NCBI RefSeq assembly: GCF_018350175.1
Contig: NC_058383.1
Coordinates: forward strand, 29,204,001-29,268,000
Direction of reading: 5' to 3'
Length of the DNA: 64,000 nucleotides
Origin: Felis catus
Lineage: Eukaryota
The notes under the pieces were generated by a model. That model was not told the DNA's origin and searched no databases. It was given only the letters and a program-made list of their open reading frames with translations. Both the position numbers and the translations under genes were made by a program. Below, piece by piece: positions 23,737 through 36,287 of the stretch. The stretch's first letter is position 1, and the number at the start of each line of letters is the position of its first letter.

Positions 23737-25199
23737 ACCAGGGTGGCTGGGATCCCGGGCCTCCTCTGCTCACCACCGCATCCCCCTGCCATGGTGTCGC
23801 ACACGGCTGACAGCAGACGCTCAGTGAACAACCGATGATCGCATGGGTGGGTGACAGGAGCAGCCGTGTGCAGGCCGGGAGGGCAGGAGACTGGCCTGAG
23901 CCGGGACGGCCTGGTCAGTCACTCGGCTGTGGGTCGGGCAGCAGCCACCGAGAAGCTGGCCGGAGGTGCCTGGAGCCGCAGAAGGTGGCCACTTCCTATC
24001 ACAGGCCAGCTGGGGTGGTCTTCAGCCTTTCCACGATGGCCCGGTGACCCTAATGGCCTTGATTGTCCTTGGCTGCTTGGGAAAAGGGCGCGTGTGGCTC
24101 TTTTCTAGCGCCCCTCACCTTTTCTTCACCACGGTCACCCCTCCTCTGCTTTCTGGGGAGGAGGCTGCTGGGTGATGGCGGGAGTGGTGAGGCCACTGGG
24201 ATAGCCCAGCACCCGGCAAAGGGGTTGTCGTTGTGACAGGGACACTGCGACCTAGTGACCTGGAGGTCATGCCCTAAGCCCCTGGCCCCCTCTTCAAAGC
24301 TACTGTGCCAAGTTCAGGGACAGTACAGTGGGAAGGCCCGGGGAGTCTCTGTTCCCCCCGGGGGACGCTCTGCAAGGTCCATCTCGTGGCTTAGAGGGAC
24401 ACGTGAGGACGCACTTCACGGTCGTTTCAGAGAGAGCAACACGCTGTGAAAATGGCACAGTGGGTGACGGGTGAGGGGCCAGCCTGAGGTCGGTCCCCCC
24501 AGACCTCTCTGAGCAGGTCCCGCCTGAGCCCAGCCCGGAAGGACAGAAGCACCAGCCCCGTGGAGAGCCCGGGACGTAGCTGCAGGCAGAGCCAAGGGCA
24601 GAGGTCAAGGTTGGAGCTGGGGTCTTCGAGGAGGGGTGGGCGGGAGCACCTATATATCTGTACTGTCTGCCAGGTGGTGAGGCTGGCCTGCACACGGAAG
24701 GAATGGGGTGGCCGTTGGTGTTCGACTGAGGCCTCCCTGCTCCACTTAGCCTCGGTCAGCATTCATGCGGCCAGGAGGAGAGAAGCCACGGTGCACAACA
24801 CCCTCCTTCCCTTGCCCTTGCTCCAGAGAAGAGCTTTCAGATGCCGGTGTGGGTCTGGGAGGCAGGACGCCCCTCTCTCCCTGCCCCCACCCCGCCACGG
24901 GATCCCAGGGTCCACAGTCTGGCCACGGAGGGCCATGCCAACAGGTGGCAGCCCCAGGTGAAGCAGTGAGGTGGGCTCAGCCCTGGTGGTGGTGGTGGTC
25001 GGGTTCCGTTTCTCTCCAGAGCCTCGGCAAGGGGTGTTGAATGTTTATGGCACCAAGAGGGCTGGGTCGCGTAGATGAGCCAGGCCAACGTGCTCACCTC
25101 CGGGTGAGCTTAATTAGAACTTGGCTGATATAAAGAATGGTGGGAAATGTCTAGCTGTGGATAGAAAGCATATGGGGAGATGACGAGGTATTTTGTCAC

Positions 25200-25420
25200 T
25201 GCTCTAAGCAGTGACACGTGGCCCTCAACCAGTGACTGGAGAGATCTGGTGTATAAATACCCCAGCTCCCTCACCTCCCAGATGTATGTTCAACACCGTC
25301 TCCCCAGGTTCCTCGGTGGGATTGAGCCCTGGTTGCTCAAGCAGCAGTAACTTGCTTTGTGACACGTCCCTGCTGTCTTGTCTCACATCACCCCCTCCCA
25401 CGACCTCTCCTTGATGTATT
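25200..25420. mobile_element. LTR16-like (ERVL) LTR fragment
   Basis: tggtgtataaataccccagctccctc...gtgggattgagcc...ggttgctc...agtaacttgct. Confidence 0.7.
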
Positions 25421-25539
25421 GTCTGCCCAACAGAAGTATTTATTAAAATCGAAATAAAATCATGTTCCTCTTCTGCTCAAAACTTGCTATTTCTCCCAGC
25501 ACATGTGGAGAAATTTCCTTTTTTTTCCCCCATAGCCTC

Positions 25540-25897
25540 TGCTATAGCCTGAATGTGTCCTCTGAAAATTTGTATGTTGAATCCTAATCCCCAATGTTGT
25601 GGTATTAGGAGGTGGGCTCTTCGGGAGGTGACTAGGTACAAGGGTAGAGCCCTCGTGAAGGGACTGTGCCCTGATAAAAGAGGCCCCAGACAGTTCCCTT
25701 GCCCCTTTACCATGTGAGGACACAGCGAGAAGATGGCCGTCTGTGAACCAGGAAGCTGGCCCTCACCAGACATCAAAATGGCCAGCACCTTGATCTCGGA
25801 CTTCTCAGCCTCCAGAATTGTGAGAAATAGATTAAACTGTTGATAAGCCTCCAAGTTTGTGGTGTTGGGGTTATAGCAGCCCAAATGCGCTAAGCCA
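25540..25897 (+). mobile_element. Complete MLT1A-type solo LTR with 5-bp TSD
   Basis: TG...CA ends (tgctatagcctgaatgtgtcc...gctaagcca); gcctc on both flanks (25535-25539, 25898-25902). Confidence 0.92.
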
Positions 25898-26296
25898 GCC
25901 TCCGAGGCCTCATGATCCAGTCTGGCCCACCCTCTGTCTGTGTCTTCATCAATCCTCCTCACCCTGCTCCCTCTGTCCTAGAAATCCTCGGCTCTGCTCT
26001 AACTCAGGGCCTCTGATCATACACTTCCTTTGACCCAGATTATTTCCCCTGTAACTCTTTGTATGTCTGTGTCATTCTGGCGGGCTCGGCTTCCGCACGC
26101 CATCTTGAAAGAGTCTTTCCTGACCCGTTCCTCTGAATGACCCAGTAGGGTCTTCCTTGGAGCGCGCCTTCCCCGAGCTCTCCACACTCAGGGGTGTGTC
26201 CCCTTCAGTTCTGTGGCCACAGTCCCTGCTCTGAGAGGCCCAGATTCTGGACAGGGGAGACCTGGGGTCGAATCCTATCTTGGCTTCTTAGAACAT

Positions 26297-26766
26297 GTCT
26301 CAGTGGGCCTTCCTGAGTGACACCCCCCGAAACACAGCCACTTAAAACAGCGATTGGTTATTTCTCGTGAGGCTGTGGGTTAGCTGGGGAGGTCCTCTGC
26401 TGGCCATGACTGGGCTCACTCAGGGCGTCACCCGGACGGGAAGGTGCGGATGGCCTCCACCATGTGTGTGGCTGGTGTTGGCTGTTTGTTGCCTTCAATA
26501 GCCTCCATTCTCCTTCCTGAGGCCTTTCATCTCCTGGGAGGTGAGACCAGCTTCCTCACGTAGAGGCCTCAGGTCGCCCTTCCCCGTCAGCGAAGACGGA
26601 AGCTGCCAGGCTTCTTGAGGCCTGGGCTCGGGGCTTGTACTACTGCTCACGCGCTCTATTAGTGAAAGCGACTCACGAGGCCAGCCTGGGGGGCGGGTCG
26701 AGAAATACAGTCCACATCTTGGCGGGGGAGCAGCAGGGGATGTCTGGCCACGTTTAATCTCATGCA
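26297..26766 (-). mobile_element. MLT1(F/G/H-like) solo LTR
   Basis: cttaaaaca...ttatttctc, ggaagctgccaggcttcttgaggcctgggctc, tcacgaggccagcc. Confidence 0.75.
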
Positions 26767-27158
26767 GTGGGCTGTGAGGTCTTCGGCCAGCGACCTCACC
26801 TCTCTGTGCCTCACTTTTCCCCACTGTGAAATGGGTCTGTTGACATCTCTTGTATAGAACTGTTTATGGGGCTCCAACAGATGACGCGTGCGAAGTGCTT
26901 AGCACCCAGTGTATCTGTCGGAAGGTGCCCAGTGAGAAGCAACTATTATTATTGTCGCTGTTAGTAACAGCATTACAGTAACGAGAGTGGGAGACTGGCA
27001 AATGATGGGTGGATGGATGGATGAACGAACAAATGGCTTTCGACGTTCGAACAGCCTACAGTCCCGACGACCCATCTGGGGATAAGTCCTCTCATTTCAT
27101 GGAGTTGACAACAAACAGCACCTGGCAAAGACCAGGGAGTTCAAACACTCTGATTTCT

Positions 27159-27394
27159 TGCTTTTATTAATTTTTTTATTTTTTTGGTAATGTTTGTTTA
27201 TTTTTGAGAGTCAGAGAGAGAGAGAGTGTGAGTGGGGAAGGAGCGGAGAGGGAGGGAGACACAGAATCCGAAGCAGGCTCCAGGCTCTGAGACATCAGCA
27301 CGGAGCCCGACGCAAGGCTTGAACTCACGAACCATGAGATCATGACCTGAGCCGAAGTCGGATGCTTAACTGACAGAGCCACCCTGGCGCCCCC
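27159..27394 (-). mobile_element. SINEC_Fc with 16-bp TSD
   Basis: aaacactctgatttct at 27143-27158 and 27395-27410. Confidence 0.96.
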
Positions 27395-28015
27395 AAACAC
27401 TCTGATTTCTAAAGACGCCTGATCTCTTGCTCAGTTTACTTATTCGTCATCCGGATTTGGGAAGGGGGGAGGTCAGATAATTCTGCATGCTTTGTGCACA
27501 AAAGATTATATACAGCCCTCTCTGTCTCTCTCTCTCTCTCTCTCAAAGACACTCCCATCTCCAGGGCCTCGGTTAGATGTAACCAAACACTACCAACTGT
27601 GACAAACTCAGCCAGGCTTCCCACTGGAAGGCTCAGCAGCAAACCACATGTGGCCGGAGCCCCAGGGAGTTTGTTGGCATACAATCCCCAGTGGGGGCCC
27701 GGCTGGGGTGCAGCCCAGGTGGGCAGCAGTGAGGGACTCGCCAGCTGCTGTTCCAGAGCATAGCGCACCTTCTGGGTCCTGCTGTGGGGACCCTGCCGTA
27801 GCCCCTGGAGCGGGAGGCTGCCCGTGGGGCTGTGTGGACAGAAGGGAGCTGATCTTCCTGGGAAGGCTGGCCCTTTAGGAGCATTTTGGCCCTGAGGCCG
27901 TCTAGGTGAATTGTGAGCGACTGGGGAGTGTTGCCACCTGCTAGTGACACTGTCCCTGCCCCAGCCTGACACTGAGTGCGGGAGGGGCCGGGAGAGGGAA
28001 GAGGGAACAGGAGCT

Positions 28016-28689
28016 ACCTTCGTTTCCTAGGTCTGCTGCAGCAGCTCTGAAAACCTGGCGGTAGAAAACCATAGAAATTCGCACTCTCACGGTTCTAGAG
28101 GCCGGAAGTCCCAAATCACGGTGTCGGCAGGACCCTGTCCTCAAAGGCGCTAGGGAAGAATCCTTCTTGCCTCTTCCTAGCTTCTGGTAGCTTCCCGTAA
28201 TCCTTGGTGCCCCTTGGTTTGGAGCCATATCCCTTCAGTCTCTGCCTCTCTTATCACATGGGCTTCTCCCTGTGTGTGTCTGTGTGTCCTCTCCTGCTTT
28301 TATTTTATATTTTTTAATGTTTATTTTTGAAAGAGAGAGTGAGAAAGAGAGAGAGAGACAGAGTGCTAATGGGGGAGGTGCAGAGAGAGAGGAAGACACA
28401 GAATCTGAAGCACGGTCCAGGCTCCGAGCTGTCAGCATAGAGCCTGACGTGGGGCTCGAACTCACAAGCCATGAGATCATGATCTGAGCCGAGGACAAAC
28501 TGTCCTCGCCTCCTCTTACAAGGACCCCAGTCATTGGATTTAGGGCCCACCCCAATCTAGTAGGACCCCAGCTTATCTTGATTGCATCTGCAAAGACCCT
28601 TCAAATAGTGTCAAATTCTGACGTTCCGGGTGGACGTGAATTTGGTGTGTGTGTGTGGGGGGGTGGTGGATACCGTTCAACCCAGTATG
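28016..28689 (-). mobile_element. MLT1(B/C-like) solo LTR interrupted by SINE
   Basis: ctctcacggttctagaggccggaagtcc, cagtcattggatttagggcccacc, catctgcaaagaccct. Confidence 0.85.
28297..28492 (-). mobile_element. SINEC_Fc, 5'-truncated, inside MLT1
   Basis: Antisense body ending gatctgagccga. Confidence 0.92.
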
Positions 28690-29590
28690 GCAACTAAGGC
28701 GGAGGCGGTCAAAGGACGGATGGTCAGGGTACAGATGCCAGGGGTTCTGCATATGAGCGGAAGCCCACGAGCAACCCTGCGTGAGACTTAGGCGAGGCTG
28801 GCCGTGGGATTTGGACGGGGCTCCCGCCGGTCCTTCTCCAGTCAGGCCCTCCCCCACGAGGCAAGTAGCCATGGAGCCGGGGGCATGTGCCCACCTGGTG
28901 CCCACACAGTTGCCACTTCTGCACCACGTCCTGGGGATCCAGGACTCCAGAATTCCTGCCCCAGCAGCCCTGAGCCATTTCCAAAGCCTGTTCTGGTGTT
29001 TCTCTCAGTCTGCCCTGCTGATGGTACACCAGCCTCCCAGTGCGTGCACCCCTAACCTGAAGGGGGGCTCAGCGACAGCCATATATGGGGGTCAGAGCAG
29101 AACTCGCACTTTCAGGCTGGGGTATCATTTCAGGTGCACAGGGCCCCTCAAGATGCAGAACGGAGAAGGGTGGGGAGGGAAATGGAGTGCTCTGTGGAAG
29201 TCAAGAAATCTGGGAGAATTCTGAATTCAGTCCTGACCTTCCAGATGATAGTGAGGGTGTGTTTATTGAAGAGAGAGGACAGCACATATTTTATTTACAT
29301 GATTTATAACTTTTAAATCTGTAGACATACAGTACCTGGGCCCCCACTTCTCTTCTTGCCCCGGGTCCAGCAGTTGTTATAGGCTACACGTTGAAGCAAA
29401 GAATGTGGAAGGTTCAGCATCCAAGAATCACCCTTGGTCTCATCACTCTCTAAGTTATGTTGTGTATGTCGTGTGAGTGTGTATGTGCATAACTTGATTG
29501 TGTCGGTCTTTCTCACTAGCATATAAGCTTCGTGAGATCAAGGACCTCTTTGTTCCCCTCTGTTAAATGGGATTTGTAATACCATTGGTT

Positions 29591-29794
29591 GGTGTGCCTG
29601 GGTGGCTCAGTCTGTTAAGTGTCCGACTTCGGCTCAGGTCATGATCTTGTGGTTCGTGAGTTCGAGCCCCGCGCCGGGCTCTGTGCTGACAGCTCGGAGC
29701 CTGGAGCCTGCTTCGGATTCTGTGTCTCCCTCTCTCTCTGCCGGTCCCCCACTCATGCTCTGTCTCTCTCAAAAATAAATAAACATTGAAAAAA
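29591..29794 (+). mobile_element. SINEC_Fc
   Basis: Full body plus A-tail. Confidence 0.95.
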
Positions 29795-30522
29795 CGTTTG
29801 TTAAATAAAGAAATAGCCACTGCTCTACAGGGCTGCTGGCGGAGTGAGCAAGTTAGTGGTCATGAAGCCCAGAGTACGGGGCCTGGCCCATGGCGAGAGG
29901 TCTGTGAGATTCACTTGAGTTGCTGTTGAGTCACCTCTGGAGCCCCAGAACAGCGAACCGCGCCTGCCGAGTGCCAGCAACTATGGGTGGGATGAATGTC
30001 GGAATGGCTGAGTCAGTCAAGTCTGTGCCATCTGGTCATCAGACCCAGTGTCCCCCAGCAAGGCAATGTGATCACACGGGCGTTTTGAGATAACTCCTCT
30101 GGATGCCAAAGGCAGCCATCCTGGAGGAGTGAGGCGAGGATGAGCCCCAGAGCACCCGGTGGGAGGCAATTCTTGAGGCCAAGATTTCAAGAAATGAGAT
30201 TGCGGAGAAGGTGGACAGGTGGACAGGGAAAGACGTAAATGCTCAGATTCAGTTTTGGACAAGTTGGATTTGAAGGGCCCCCAAGACATCCAGGAATTAG
30301 CCCAGGCTTGAGTCCCGGAGTCCGTCCTGGCAACATTATCTGGGCAAGGCTCCCTTGCCACTCCAAGCCTTAGTTTCCCCATCTGCAAAATGAAATACCT
30401 CACTGGGTAATCGTTAGGACCCCCTGTGGGAATATATGCACATCACCCGACCCACAGCCAGGCACCCCGAGGAGAAAGTGCGTGTCTGTATTACACTGTC
30501 ACTTAGAAGCAGCAGACACACC

Positions 30523-30730
30523 GGGCGCCTGGGTGGCTCAGCAGGTTAAGCGTCCGACTTCAGCTCAGGTCATGATCTCGCGGTTCGTGAGTTTGAGCCC
30601 CGCGTTGGTCTCTGTGTGGACAAGTCAGAGTCCAGAGCCTGCTTCGGATTCTGTGTCCCCCTCTCCCTCTGCCCTTCCCCTGCTTGCGCTCTCTCTGTCT
30701 CTCAAAAATAAATAAATGTTAAAAAAAAAA
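30523..30730 (+). mobile_element. SINEC_Fc, TSD agcagacacac
   Basis: TSD at 30511-30521 and 30731-30741. Confidence 0.95.
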
Positions 30731-30899
30731 AGCAGACACACAAGGCCAACGGGCTTCAACACCGAATTTACTGTTCCTGTCACTAACATTGGGGAGTAGA
30801 TTTGACTTCCCCTGCAGCCGTGTCTGGGGCTCAAGCATTGCCACATGGGCTTCATATCACCTGCAGGTCCCCTCTGCATGTGTTCATGATGGTCAACGG

Positions 30900-31050
30900 C
30901 TCAGTAAATCCAGTGGCGAGAGGTGCCTTCTCCTATAGTTCTGGCAGAAAAGTCTGTTCAAGGAAGATTCTGATTGGCCCAGCTTGGTCACGTGCCCATC
31001 CTAGAGCCAATCACTATGGCCGGGCTTGGGTCACATGACTTCCCTTCTAG
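30900..31050. mobile_element. Old MLT1(J/K-like) fragment
   Basis: tctgattggcccagcttggtcacgtgcccatcc...ccaatcactatggcc motif. Confidence 0.6.
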
Positions 31051-31194
31051 CATGGCTCCCTTGTTACTAAGAGGTGGAAGCAGCAGGAGCAGAGCCAGCA
31101 GGAGTCCAGCACATTCTGTCTGTGCATTGGGAGTTTTAGGATGGGAAGACCCATGGACATGAAGTTTCTGGCACAACAGTTAAGACTGAGATCC

Positions 31195-32005
31195 AGCCAC
31201 AGTGCCCATCAGTGGATGGCTGGGTAAAGCAGACCTGGCATATACCCATGATGGAATATCACTCATCCGGAGAGAAAAGAAGGAAATCCTATCATATGTG
31301 AACACAGGGATGAACTTGGAGGACGTGATGTTGCGTGAAATAAGCCAGTCACAGAGGGACAAGTCCTGTATGATTCCATTTATACGAGGACTCTAAAATA
31401 GCCACGCTTCTAGAGCCAGAGGGTGGAAGGAGGATTGCTGGGGACTTCGGTAGGCGGGGAGGGAGAGGGGAATGGGGAGATACTGGTCAAGGAGTACACA
31501 GCTTCAGGTGTACAGGATGAGTAAGTTCTGGAGATCTCAGGTGCAGCAGAGTGCATATAGTTGACAATATTATGGTGTGTACTTAAAAATGTGCTAAGAG
31601 AGTAGGGGCACCTGGGTGGCTCAGTCGGTCAAGCGTCCGACTTCGGTTCAGGTCGGGATCTCGCGGTTTCGAGTTCGAGCCCCCCATCAGGCTCTGTGCT
31701 GACAGTGTGGAGCCTGCTTTGGATTACGTGTCTCCCTCTCTGCCCCTCCCCCACTCGCACTCTGTCTCGCTCTCTCAAAAATAAACATTAGAAAATATAT
31801 ACTAAGAGAGTAGATCTTACGTTAAAGGTCCTGATGGCCAGAAAAATTAAAGAAGGCAAGACAAAACTTTGGGAGGTGAAGGATATGTTCATGGCATAGG
31901 TTGTGGTGATGGTTACATGGGCGCGTACTTCCCTCCAAACTCAGCAAGTGTATACATTAAATATATACAGCTCTTTCTAGGTCACTCATCCCTCAATAAA
32001 GTGGT
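31195..32005 (+). mobile_element. L1M (MA/MB-like) 3' UTR, SINE-interrupted
   Basis: gaaataagccagtcacagagggacaa, tgtatgattccatttatac, taagttctggagatct, ctcaataaag. Confidence 0.85.
31605..31795 (+). mobile_element. SINEC_Fc inside L1, TSD ctaagagagtag
   Basis: Body and flanking duplication visible. Confidence 0.95.
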
Positions 32006-32025
32006 CTTAAAGGTAAATTGTTTTA

Positions 32026-32253
32026 GGGGAGCCAGGGTGGCTCAGTTGGTTCAGCATCTGACTTCGGCTCAGGTCATGATCTCGCGGTCCGTGAGTTCAA
32101 GCCCCGCGTCCGGCTCTGTGCTGGCAGCTCGGAGCCTGGAGCCTGCTTCCGATCCTGTGTCTCCCTCTCTCTCTGCCCCTCCCTCGTTCATGCTCTGTCA
32201 CTCTCTCTCTATCAAAAATAAATAAATATTTAAAAAATTAAAAAAATAATAAA
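32026..32253 (+). mobile_element. SINEC_Fc
   Basis: Full body plus A-tail. Confidence 0.95.
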
Positions 32254-32659
32254 GTTTTTAGCACACAGAAGGGATTGCGCTCCTGGTGGTGGTTTCTTGC
32301 ATTAGGATTCTGACCAGAATGGCCCTCGCCCACATACATGTTCTAAAGTCCTTGACAAATGTGGCCTCCACATTCAATGAGTCCACTTTTCCTCGTCCTT
32401 CTCCAGGGATTCACCAAGAGGTCAGTCCAGGGGGGCTTGAGGCATCCCTCGGTCTGCGTCACGGCTTCACGCTGTCATCCACTGTCAGCCACACATGGGC
32501 TCTAGGCATCCCTGTCGCTGACCCCCACCTGGCCACCGGGGGACTCTCTCTCTACTCCGGGGACATTCCGGGACTTGGGGCACCACCACCTCCTCCCCCA
32601 AAGCCTGAGCTCTGGAGAGAGGCAGACAAGATCAAGAGAACAGGTTTTGCAGAGTTAGA

Positions 32660-33000
32660 CAAAAAACCTTTGCGGTTCATAACGTCAGCGAGAAAATTCC
32701 AAAACCCCGGGGCGAGCTGTGATGTGGATGCTGCTCTCAGAGGCCGGCCTCTGATTGGAGCCGCCCGGGGGCCTCCCTGCCAATCAGCGCGCGCGCTGCG
32801 CAGCCTGGAACTTGAGAGCTTAGCAACGAGAAATCCGGAGGAACTCTGGAATTAATTTCAGGAAAGGGGCAGAAAAAAAGGAGCAGGGACTTAGGAGGCA
32901 GATAATCAGGCAGCGCAGTTTTATGATTACCTTGCGGCCAAGGCAAGTCACGAACATTTGCAGCATTAATTACAAGCCCAGAGGGAACCAGCCAGCTATC
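32660..33000. promoter_or_regulatory. Candidate enhancer or minor promoter with inverted CCAAT pair
   Basis: CTGATTGG (32751-32758) and CCAATCAG (32780-32787), GCGC run, TTAGCAAC, repeat-free and CpG-rich. Confidence 0.5.
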
Positions 33001-34006
33001 TTGTCTCAAACGCTGGGGCTCGTGTTTTGTTTATATTTTGTTTTGGTTTTTCTTCCCCCCTGAGCTGGTGCCGATGTGAGCTGGTGCTGATGTGTTCAGA
33101 TGTGAACAGGGCCAAGAAAGAAGGGGCAGAACAGGTCCAATAATTAAAGAAAACGCTCCCTCCCTCCCGGATCCTGGCTGCCACAGCTCCTTCCAGGAGC
33201 CTCTTGGCCAACCTTGTCCTGGGATCATCTTCTGTCATGTGACATCACGGATGCCAGCCTGTCTGAAATGGGAACTGGAGGTCGGGGTGGCTGTAGATGG
33301 TTTCTGTGATTTCAGACGGAGGCCCAGGCGAGGTGATGGCGGCATTGGTTGGGCCATTCGATGACTGTTCAGTAACTGCCTTCACCACCGAGACGGGGGC
33401 TGTAAGACAGAAGTGAACATCTCCTAACAGTCCCTGCTTCTGTCTCCTGACAGTCCAGCCGGGGGCGGGGGAGACTAGGTATTCCTAATGACTTAATCAC
33501 GCAAATAGCCTTGTGATTACAACCGGGCTGATTCTGTGCAAGGACGGGTGGGTGCTAGGAAAGGGGCGTGTGGGTCGGGGCCCCTGCAATTAGAAGGGCC
33601 CTGACTATCCTGGTCCTGCTTCGCGTAGGGTAGAGGTCACGTGGGTTCTGGAGGGAGGCCGGACGGCCCAGCTGGGCCAGGCAAACCCAGCGCGGGGGGC
33701 CTCTGGGCCGGCAGAGTTAAGAGTTTGTCCTAAAGCAACGGGAAAAATGAGAAACCATTTAGGTTTACAAACTGGGACGTGGGGTGATTAGATTTACAGC
33801 TGAGGTACAACACTCTGTTGGAGGAGAAGAGATCAGAGTCGGCAAGCAAGGGAGCGGGGTGATGATGTGTGGGTGGTACCCCCCCGGGGACCGCGAGCAG
33901 GACCCCTTGATTCCATGGGGGCCTTGTGGATGGTTGTCCTCAGCCAGCTCCGCCCCAGGGCCCCGGGTCCTCGAAAACACCCCTTTAGGCGCCTTGCTCT
34001 GCGATA

Positions 34007-34100
34007 TAGCGTGACCGACTCATCCTGATTGCCTATGACCTGCTGGTGTCAGCCTCTAAAGATCCCGTTCCCTAGGAACCCCAGGATTGTTGGTCCCCCT
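34007..34100. mobile_element. MER94-like hAT MITE
   Basis: Degenerate terminal repeats tagcgtgaccgac...gttggtccccct. Confidence 0.55.
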
Positions 34101-34824
34101 CCTCTGGGACGGGATTAAGTGGGTCAGAAGAGCCAGCTTCGCTCACCACGTGGGGGCTTCCTTGCGTCTTCTCCCCAAGCAACCTAAACTACAGGCTTAG
34201 CAAGCTGACTTGCTGTGTGGTCTGGAACAAGTTACTTGGCCTCTCTGGGCCACTATTTCCTCATTTGCAAAATGGATTTTGACCTGGGGAGAGCCTGTGG
34301 GTCTCCCTGAAGCCCTGATTTCCTAACTCGGCTGCTGCATTTTCAAAGCTCGATCACAGCAGAGGACCGAGCAGAGAGGACAGGGCCATATACCCACGGT
34401 GCAGCCTTGAGCAAGGTGGCTCGCCTCTCTTTCCCTAGTTGCTTCTTGCATAAAATGAGAATAATAGTACTTATCTCATGGAAATGCGAGCACTAAGTTA
34501 AATAAAATTATTCTGTGTCTGGCATAGTTGGATCCTCTGGTTAACCAAAAATAAGCTGGAGACTTAGGATTTTCCTAAGTAGTGGCTTTATTTACCGCAC
34601 TTCTACTCTTTTTAAGACTGCCTTTTACCTCTGTCTGGTTCCATGAGGTGGAGCCAGGGTCCTTTTTGCCACTGTCTCCCCATAATAAAGGTTTGTTGAG
34701 CTAGTCGAAGTCACATTCTGCCCATTTTACGGGTGAGAAGACTGAGGCTCAGGGAGGCTAAAGGTCCTGCCATTAAGTGATGAAGGCAGAATTTAAGTCT
34801 GGATCTGATTCAGGGTCCTGTTCT

Positions 34825-35018
34825 TCTTTTTTTAAAATGGTTGTTTATTTTTGAGAGGGCACAAGCGGGGGAGGGGCGAGAGAGGGGGACAGAGGATCTG
34901 AAGCGGGCTCTAGGCTGACAGCAGCGAGCCCGACGTGAGGCTCGAACTCGTAAACTGCGAGATCACGGCCTGAGCCGTCGGAAGCTCAGCCGGTTGAGCG
35001 TGCCCTCGGGACGCCCCC
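34825..35018 (-). mobile_element. SINEC_Fc, TSD gggtcctgttct
   Basis: TSD at 34813-34824 and 35019-35030. Confidence 0.93.
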
Positions 35019-35276
35019 GGGTCCTGTTCTGTCTGCGAACTGGCCTCTGCTCCCTCGGGGTGGGGGGGCGGGGAAGGAGGGACAAAAGTGATAGGGAAGG
35101 GGTGCGAGCAGGCAGATGTGGGGAGGGCGCCCCCTGTGAAGATGTGTGAGTGGCAATTCTCCGAAGGGAGCAGCTCCAGTGGCGTGGCGTGACACGAGCA
35201 GCCTGACCTGATCCTCGTGTGGACAGGAGCATACGGGAGGCTGTTTGCCCCCATCACTGGTTGCTGTGGAAATGGA

Positions 35277-35333
35277 TGTGCGTGTGTGCGTGTGTGTGTG
35301 TGTGTGTGTGCGCGTGTGCATGTGTGTGTACGT
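35277..35333. repeat. (TG)n/(CG) alternating purine-pyrimidine repeat
   Basis: Directly visible. Confidence 0.9.
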
Positions 35334-35991
35334 GCTGAGATGGACCTCAAGTCTACGACCCAGGCTTGCCCCAGTGCTGCCAGCAGTGGGTGGGCAGACC
35401 AAGCCAATACCCTTGAGAGGAGGGAGGGAAAAAGGGGACGTTCTCATTTTTATCACGAAAATCTTTGTACACAGGCGTGGGGTCTACGGTACAGTAACCC
35501 CCAGCTACCCACCACCCACCTCCAGCAATCCCACCTCTTGGCTGATCTCATTCTGTCTCTCCTCCCTTCCCTTCTGCCCTCATCCCAGATACTTTGAAGC
35601 ACATTCCAGACATCAACCGTTTCTTTTGCAAATATTTTAGTATATGACTCAAAAAAAAAAAAAGGGATTTTTTTAAACCACCGTCACCCCTACGAAAACA
35701 AACGGTAATGCTTTCATATCGGCAAATATCCGGTGTTCGGATTCCTCTGGTTGTCTCATGAATGTTTTCGTCACAGTTGGTTCAAATCAGGACCCATATA
35801 AGGTCCATACGCTGTGGGTATGTCTCTTAGGTCTCTCTTAATCTGGAGGTACTCTCTTCCTCCCTTTTTCTTCTCTGGCAATTTATCTGTTGAAACAACT
35901 GGGTTGGTTGTCCTGTGGCGCCACTTACGGAATGAGTTTTGCTCGTTGTGTCCCCGTATTGTTATTATATGCGTTCTTCTCCCCGCTATAT

Positions 35992-36038
35992 TTCTTTCTC
36001 TCCCTCCCTCCCTCCCTCCCTTCCTTTCTCTTCTCTTC

Positions 36039-36069
<31 letters not shown>

Positions 36070-36287
36070 CTTTTCTTTTCTTTTCTTTTCTTTTTTCTTT
36101 TCTTTTCTTTTCTCTTTTCCTTTCCTTTCCTTTCCTTTCCTTTCCTTTCCTTTCCTTTCTTTTCTTCCTTTCTTTCTTTCTCTCTCTCCTTCTTTCCCTC
36201 CCTCCCTTCCTTAGCGAGCTCCTGGAGTCACGACACGAGCCACAATCAAGAGTCGGACGCTTAACCAACTGAGCCACTCCGGCCTCC
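35992..36287 (-). mobile_element. Internally deleted Can-SINE head plus about 220-bp pyrimidine microsatellite
   Basis: SINE head at about 36213-36287; (TTTTC/TTTCC/CTTT)n; near-TSD ctcccMgctRtatttct. Confidence 0.85.

Noticed and set aside
30965..31015. Second inverted CTGATTGG/CCAATCA pair
   Set aside because: Lies within an old MLT1-like LTR fragment where this motif appears to be part of the consensus.
31869..32225. Recurrent peptide 'SAQVMISRFVSSSPASGSVLTA' in many ORFs, suggesting a gene family
   Set aside because: It is the SINEC consensus read in frame, not a protein family.
32286..32855. 189 aa ORF in unique sequence
   Set aside because: Non-ATG start, no recognisable domain or exon boundaries; overlaps a motif-rich regulatory-like block.
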